Assembly (NCBI GenBank): GCA_965223865.1
Contig: OZ245020.1
Span: 1,536,001 to 1,600,000, forward strand
Length of the DNA stretch: 64,000 nucleotides
Direction of reading: 5' to 3'
Origin: Nitrosarchaeum sp.
GTDB lineage: Archaea > Thermoproteota > Nitrososphaeria > Nitrososphaerales > Nitrosopumilaceae
The position numbers were made by a program, and so were the translations under genes. The notes under the pieces are model-generated. The model searched no databases and was not told the origin of the DNA. It was given only the letters and a program-made list of their open reading frames with translations. Of the stretch, positions 59,451-64,000 are shown piece after piece. Position 1 is the stretch's first letter, and every line of letters starts with the position of its first letter.

Positions 59451-60005
59451 CTGCCTGGCAAAAAGATACACCAGTTAAACATACGGTTAAACCAGAACAA
59501 TTACGACATGCTAAACAAAATATCAAAGGATAAAAACCAAAGCCCAAGCACAGTGGGTTCACAAATAATATCACAGTGGATTGAGTTCTACTATTACAAG
59601 ATACATCGGGGCGATGTAATTTTTTCAAGACATGTAATCAAAAAGTTAATCAGTATTTTGGACAAGTCAAAGATTGAAAAGGTTTCTGAATTTATGGCAA
59701 ACCATATCATAAAAGAGATACGACTACAGGAAGGCAATGTCACATATCCTGTATTGACTGAGCACATTCTAAAATGGAACAGGGGAAACAGTCTAAAACT
59801 AAACAAGATAACAAAAAAAGATGCTGGCAACTACAATGATTCCTCAGACATGTTTATCTCAAAACACAGCCTTGGATGCAACTGGTCTGAGCTAGAATGC
59901 AAGACATACACAAAAGCCTTTGAGAAGATAGGACAAACGGTGACATCAATCGAATATGATGAGGATAGTTTTTGTTTTAGTATAACCAACAGATATAACA
60001 AATAA
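59451..60005 (+). CDS. RHH plus V4R-like regulator, probable CTG start
   Basis: In-frame extension KKIHQLNIRLNQNNYD supplies the RHH strand; KHSLGCNWS motif. Confidence 0.65.
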   Translation: MPGKKIHQLNIRLNQNNYDMLNKISKDKNQSPSTVGSQIISQWIEFYYYKIHRGDVIFSRHVIKKLISILDKSKIEKVSEFMANHIIKEIRLQEGNVTYPVLTEHILKWNRGNSLKLNKITKKDAGNYNDSSDMFISKHSLGCNWSELECKTYTKAFEKIGQTVTSIEYDEDSFCFSITNRYNK

Positions 60006-60045
60006 TAAAACACAACAATTTTTTGCAAAAAATTATGCGTAAATG

Positions 60046-60081
60046 CTAGCATTTGTAGCATTTCTAGCATTTGTAGCAAAG
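60046..60081 (+). repeat. Four 9-bp tandem repeats (STAGCATTT)
   Basis: ctagcattt gtagcattt ctagcattt gtagcaaag, just upstream of a TTATAT box and ATG 60125. Confidence 0.8.
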
Positions 60082-60124
60082 ATAACATGGGTGGTTATAT
60101 GCAATTGGCACCATACCATGTTGC

Positions 60125-60982
60125 ATGACATATTCACAAACACAAAACATCAAAACAAATCGCACGATAAATAGAACAGAAAGATTACAAGCATCATCGA
60201 CACAAGACATATGTCTATGTCAAAACAAAGAACGTCAATTAGTCACAACAGTTGAGGAAAGTGAGATTGTCTGCAAGAATTGTGGAGTTGTTTTTGGTTT
60301 TGATGAGGAGGACAACAGCAACATCATTTCGTATCAACACTTTACAAGATCCAAAATCAACTTGTATCAAAAAAGACAAAAGGGTGGAAATCCACATGAT
60401 GTAAAAAAGATAACACATATTCCCAATCTAAGATTGGAGAAAAGTAACAACTCAGACATCATTGCATTTGCAGATATTTGTGACAAGCTAAAACTATCTG
60501 ATGTCATATCTGAGAACTGCTGGAAGTTATACTGTGATTTGAAAAGGCATACAGGGAAATTTACCCGAGCAAAGGTGATGTGTCTTGCCATTTACCAGAC
60601 CTGCATGGACAGCTGCATTCCCTTTGATGAGGGAAAAATCCGAGACATGGTGTGCCAAAGCTTGGGAGTCAAAAATGCACCAATGCTAAAAAGCATTATC
60701 TTCAAGAGAGAAAAAGGAAAATACGGCATAAAATCAAACAATAAGGAGACATTCTATCTGAATTTGCATCTCTCCCAGGCACAACAAGACCATGATATCA
60801 AGGATATTACCATGCTAAGACGGATTGCAGCAAGATACTATGAAACCATTATAAAGCCGGCCTCTTCTTCTTCCTTAAAAAATAACGGATTATCACCTGT
60901 AATGAGAAATAATAATTCAGACTACAACACACTGGCCAAAAGGGCTGTGACACTGGCAATTCAGAGGTGTGCCATACAATGA
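60125..60982 (+). CDS. Divergent TFB-like protein (Zn ribbon plus one recognisable cyclin fold)
   Basis: CLC..LVTTVEESEIVCKNCGVV; ICDKLKLSDVISE..LAIYQTC; no EWR B-reader. Confidence 0.7.
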   Translation: MTYSQTQNIKTNRTINRTERLQASSTQDICLCQNKERQLVTTVEESEIVCKNCGVVFGFDEEDNSNIISYQHFTRSKINLYQKRQKGGNPHDVKKITHIPNLRLEKSNNSDIIAFADICDKLKLSDVISENCWKLYCDLKRHTGKFTRAKVMCLAIYQTCMDSCIPFDEGKIRDMVCQSLGVKNAPMLKSIIFKREKGKYGIKSNNKETFYLNLHLSQAQQDHDIKDITMLRRIAARYYETIIKPASSSSLKNNGLSPVMRNNNSDYNTLAKRAVTLAIQRCAIQ

Positions 60983-62145
60983 GCAGCAACATACCATTAA
61001 AGACTAGAGTAGGGATTTCAGAGATACTTTCACCACCTGTAAGTGTGGGAATATGCACTCAATCTAACATTGACAAGTTTGCATATATTGCAAGGAATGA
61101 TCCAGAGTCATTGCCTGAAATCAAGCTAACAAAAGTAGATGGAAAACTCTATGCAATTAATCATCACGATGTCATATTGGGATGTATGCAGGCAGGTCCA
61201 AGTGTTATCTCAGAGATTAATGGAGTAATCACAGATGAGAATTGTAAAGGATCTCATGATATTTTACTTGCACATTTCAAAGAGATTCTGGAAAACGAGG
61301 TGCTTAATCCAGTGTCAGTCTTTGATAGCATATACTATCTAGAAGAGAAGATGCAATTACAAAAACAAGACATACTTGAGATGTTGCATATCAGTGGGAC
61401 ACCATTTGAGAAAATAATTCTCTCCAAAAATAACAACCACATCTATGCAAAATCAATTGAACAGTTACAACTAATTGTAAACCAACTATCTCATAGAAAG
61501 AATCTGATACCATCCCAGGTATGTGTCCCGTTGTATGTAATATCAAGAATCTCAAGACTGAATGAAGAGTCGCATCAGTTGCAGCTGATAACTCAGATTC
61601 ATTCAGATCTTGATGCAATGAGTGATGGCTCCTTTGCATGGACTACACCTGAACAGATTGATTCCATGATAAGATACATCAGACAGGATGCAACACACGA
61701 GGAAAACAACAGGGAAGAATCAACTATAGCCAACATGACAAAAACAAAAGACATAGGAATACCAGAAAAGAAATCAAAAAAAGAGAACAAGGACACAAAG
61801 CCCCAACCTGAAAAGACAGACCCTGAAACCCTTATGGTAAAAAAGTCAATACCCAACATGATAATCATCCCCGATGAAAAGACAGGCAAGCCTCAGATTC
61901 TTGTAAACAAGAGGACCGGCGCAGTATCAAAGATAGAGCCATCAGACAACCACAATATCATAAAGACCACTTCTGTAGGCACAAAACCACTCTATTCCAT
62001 CCCGCTTGATGTCATAAATCACCTGAAATTTGACAAATCCCAGATAAAGCACAAGAACCTCGAGTCGCCAAGGCAGCTAATTGATGCATTGAAGACATTT
62101 CCAAAGGGTACAAGACTGTCCGTATTCTGGAGCGTTGCGCAATAG
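60979..62145 (+). CDS. Protein with a degenerate ParB/Srx-like N-terminal domain
   Basis: LPEIKLTKVDGKLYAINHHDVI; EVLNPV..IYYL..ILEML helical region; ATGA overlap with the upstream gene. Confidence 0.55.
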   Translation: MSSNIPLKTRVGISEILSPPVSVGICTQSNIDKFAYIARNDPESLPEIKLTKVDGKLYAINHHDVILGCMQAGPSVISEINGVITDENCKGSHDILLAHFKEILENEVLNPVSVFDSIYYLEEKMQLQKQDILEMLHISGTPFEKIILSKNNNHIYAKSIEQLQLIVNQLSHRKNLIPSQVCVPLYVISRISRLNEESHQLQLITQIHSDLDAMSDGSFAWTTPEQIDSMIRYIRQDATHEENNREESTIANMTKTKDIGIPEKKSKKENKDTKPQPEKTDPETLMVKKSIPNMIIIPDEKTGKPQILVNKRTGAVSKIEPSDNHNIIKTTSVGTKPLYSIPLDVINHLKFDKSQIKHKNLESPRQLIDALKTFPKGTRLSVFWSVAQ

Positions 62146-62156
62146 TAGTTCCATGA

Positions 62157-62882
62157 ATGACGCACAAAACCACACTGTCAGAGCTTGACAGAAAGATAAA
62201 GGGTTTTTTGCTCTACAAGAAAAAAATTCACAGAAATTCCACATGCAGCAACATTATGGATATGTTGTATCCGGATGTATGGCTTGCCGTTTCACAAATA
62301 GCATCAAGGACACGCAAGCCGTACCTTTACACAAAAAAGATTGTATTGCAGATGCACTCAGACGGATATCTACTCCATGATGAAAAAAGATACAACAGAA
62401 AATATTTCCTATCAGATGCAGGACGATGGTTTGCAGTATGTGTGCAGTTGGATTACATATCATTTCAGTCATTGTGTATTTTGTCTCAGACATACTGCAA
62501 AGTCAAAAGGAACCCAAACAGCAAGGCAAGCTGCTACATGATATCAAAGTTCAGAGATGTATTTGACAAGTCACACGATGATGAAGATGGTATATGTGCA
62601 AGTGCAGTGTATACGCCAAGAAACATTTCACAGTCAATTAGAATGCTGACTGACAGGAATTTATTATATTGGGCAAACGAGGATTTTGTAAGGATCAGCC
62701 CAGAAATTTTTGTTTACTTGCAAAAATATGATAGGGACTTTGTATCTCTTGTGTCATGGCAGAGAAGAATGGTTGAAAAATGCCGAAAGGAACAATTCAA
62801 AGCTGTCATGACTAGTCCAGAAAAAAATAATCTGTTCTCATTAATTGGCCAAATCAATGAACAATTGAAAGGTCCACTCTGA
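62157..62882 (+). CDS. Winged-helix domain protein
   Basis: VSQIASRT..VLQMHSDGYL..YFLSDAGR; second wHTH-like region. Confidence 0.6.
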   Translation: MTHKTTLSELDRKIKGFLLYKKKIHRNSTCSNIMDMLYPDVWLAVSQIASRTRKPYLYTKKIVLQMHSDGYLLHDEKRYNRKYFLSDAGRWFAVCVQLDYISFQSLCILSQTYCKVKRNPNSKASCYMISKFRDVFDKSHDDEDGICASAVYTPRNISQSIRMLTDRNLLYWANEDFVRISPEIFVYLQKYDRDFVSLVSWQRRMVEKCRKEQFKAVMTSPEKNNLFSLIGQINEQLKGPL

Positions 62883-62915
62883 CTTCCAGAAATTTGGAAG
62901 TGAGACTGGACCTTT
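62868..62915. terminator. 21-bp inverted repeat (hairpin) at the operon end
   Basis: AAAGGTCCACTCTGACTTCCA-GAAATT-TGGAAGTGAGACTGGACCTTT, 19/21 paired. Confidence 0.5.
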
Positions 62916-62945
62916 TGGGTTTCAGAGTTTTATTGTTATTTCTGG

Positions 62946-63647
62946 TTGTTCTTTGTGGAAACAGAACTACGTATCATTTTGCTGATATCAATGTTGGGCA
63001 TTGCAGCAACATTTGATGTAAAGTCAAGAAAGATTCCCGATGCAATATGGCTGGTTTTTGGTGGGATTGGGGCTGTATTGTATATCTGGGACTATGATGA
63101 TGGAATGACCTCATACCATGTCATTACTATTCTTACATCAGTCTTTGCAGGAATGATGTTATGGAAATGGAAAATAGCAGGCTTGGCTGATACGTTTGCT
63201 GTTCTTGCAATGGCCGTAATCCTGCCAGTTCATTACGAATTTGTAATGATGCCAATAATGATTCTGGTAACGGCATTTCTTTTGATGGTGGTTTTTGTTA
63301 CTTTGTACAACGTGTCTCTGAATGTATTTGATATCCTCAGGTCAAGAAAGATGTGTATATTCTCTGAATTTTCAGAACCAAGATACAAAAAGGTTTTTGC
63401 ATTTCTTGTTGTTCACAGAAAAAGAAGATTTGAAAAATTTGTCATTCCAGTGGAGAATTCAATGAGCATAACGCCTTATGTCAAGTCATTTGCGTTTCTA
63501 TTATCTAGAAACAGAGTAAAAAGAGACAGCCAGTTACTGCAATCAAATGGAATGTATGTGCAAAGCATACCACCGCTAACAGTTTACATGTTTGGGGTTG
63601 ATTTGTTTTTGTTGTTACCTGAAATTCTAAGTATCTTGTTTTCTTAA
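62946..63647 (+). CDS. A24-family prepilin/preflagellin peptidase
   Basis: ATFDVKSRKIPDAIW, AGLAD (GxxD), C-terminal IPPL. Confidence 0.85.
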   Translation: MFFVETELRIILLISMLGIAATFDVKSRKIPDAIWLVFGGIGAVLYIWDYDDGMTSYHVITILTSVFAGMMLWKWKIAGLADTFAVLAMAVILPVHYEFVMMPIMILVTAFLLMVVFVTLYNVSLNVFDILRSRKMCIFSEFSEPRYKKVFAFLVVHRKRRFEKFVIPVENSMSITPYVKSFAFLLSRNRVKRDSQLLQSNGMYVQSIPPLTVYMFGVDLFLLLPEILSILFS

Positions 63648-63869
63648 TTTATATTATAAAATTAATTTCTAATTGATCTAAGATTTTTTTGTAATGTTGC
63701 GACCTGCAGGATTTGAAGGTTTTTGGGATTGTTTTGGTATCAGTACATACAAAATGAATTCTTAGTGAGATAAATTTGGATTAGATTGAACTTTTAGATC
63801 CATTTAACATCTTATGAATGAAGATAGATTCAGGTGGTCATGAAAAATAAAAAAAGAGGAGATGAATTT

Positions 63870-64000
63870 CTAGTCGTCTTCGTCATTACTATTTTGATGA
63901 TCTAGAATTTTTTTGCATATTTTTTCTCCATTTTTAGTTGGCTCTAAAAGCATCTTAACATAGGGCGCTTTATGATCTGGTCTATCTTCAAGTTCACCAT
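63870..64000 (-). CDS. C-terminal end of a gene running off the window
   Basis: ...RPDHKAPYVKMLLEPTKNGEKICKKIL...EDD*, followed by a T-rich tract. Confidence 0.5.
   Translation of the reverse strand, partial: GELEDRPDHKAPYVKMLLEPTKNGEKICKKILDHQNSNDEDD

Noticed and set aside
59339-59533. 64-aa ORF upstream of the RHH regulator
   Set aside because: No recognisable motif, and it overlaps the in-frame RHH extension

Overview
AT-rich accessory region of an ammonia-oxidising archaeon (Nitrosopumilaceae-like, judged from an archaeal amoC, TFB/aIF-1A/Cdc48 paralogs and thaumarchaeal surface-protein motifs). Five blocks are visible. (1) About 1-21 kb: a stress/storage block with three USPs, an Acg-type nitroreductase, a type II P-type ATPase, a CBS protein, an Hsp20 remnant, a solitary amoC, a P-II protein and a PHA synthase with a PhaE-like N-terminal extension. 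(2) About 22-32.6 kb: a segment bounded by ~150-bp direct repeats, next to an integrase remnant and a tRNA 3' remnant; it carries TFB, Cdc48, Lsm, a broken aIF-1A and many Cys/His microproteins. (3) About 32.8-40 kb: an envelope/redox block with a putative di-heme membrane protein, an Asp-rich 27-bp tandem-repeat protein, a cupredoxin and zinc-finger modules. (4) About 40-58 kb: a metal/sulfur block (rhodanese, DsrE, TauE, DASS, CopA, Spy-like proteins, a paralogous pair of His-rich micropeptides). (5) About 58.6-64 kb: the edge of a probable integrated element (AbrB-like, RHH, divergent TFB-like, ParB-like, wHTH, prepilin peptidase). Two position-locked promoter motifs recur: box A (TTYCA-N4-TGRAA, 41-48 bp before about 20 start codons) and box B (TGCAAwTnAyyrCAntgTAAwC, exactly 7 bp before a TATA box at 6 sites). 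Many genes are decaying. No rRNA, full tRNA or CRISPR array was seen. All family assignments are by eye from motifs; no searches were run.
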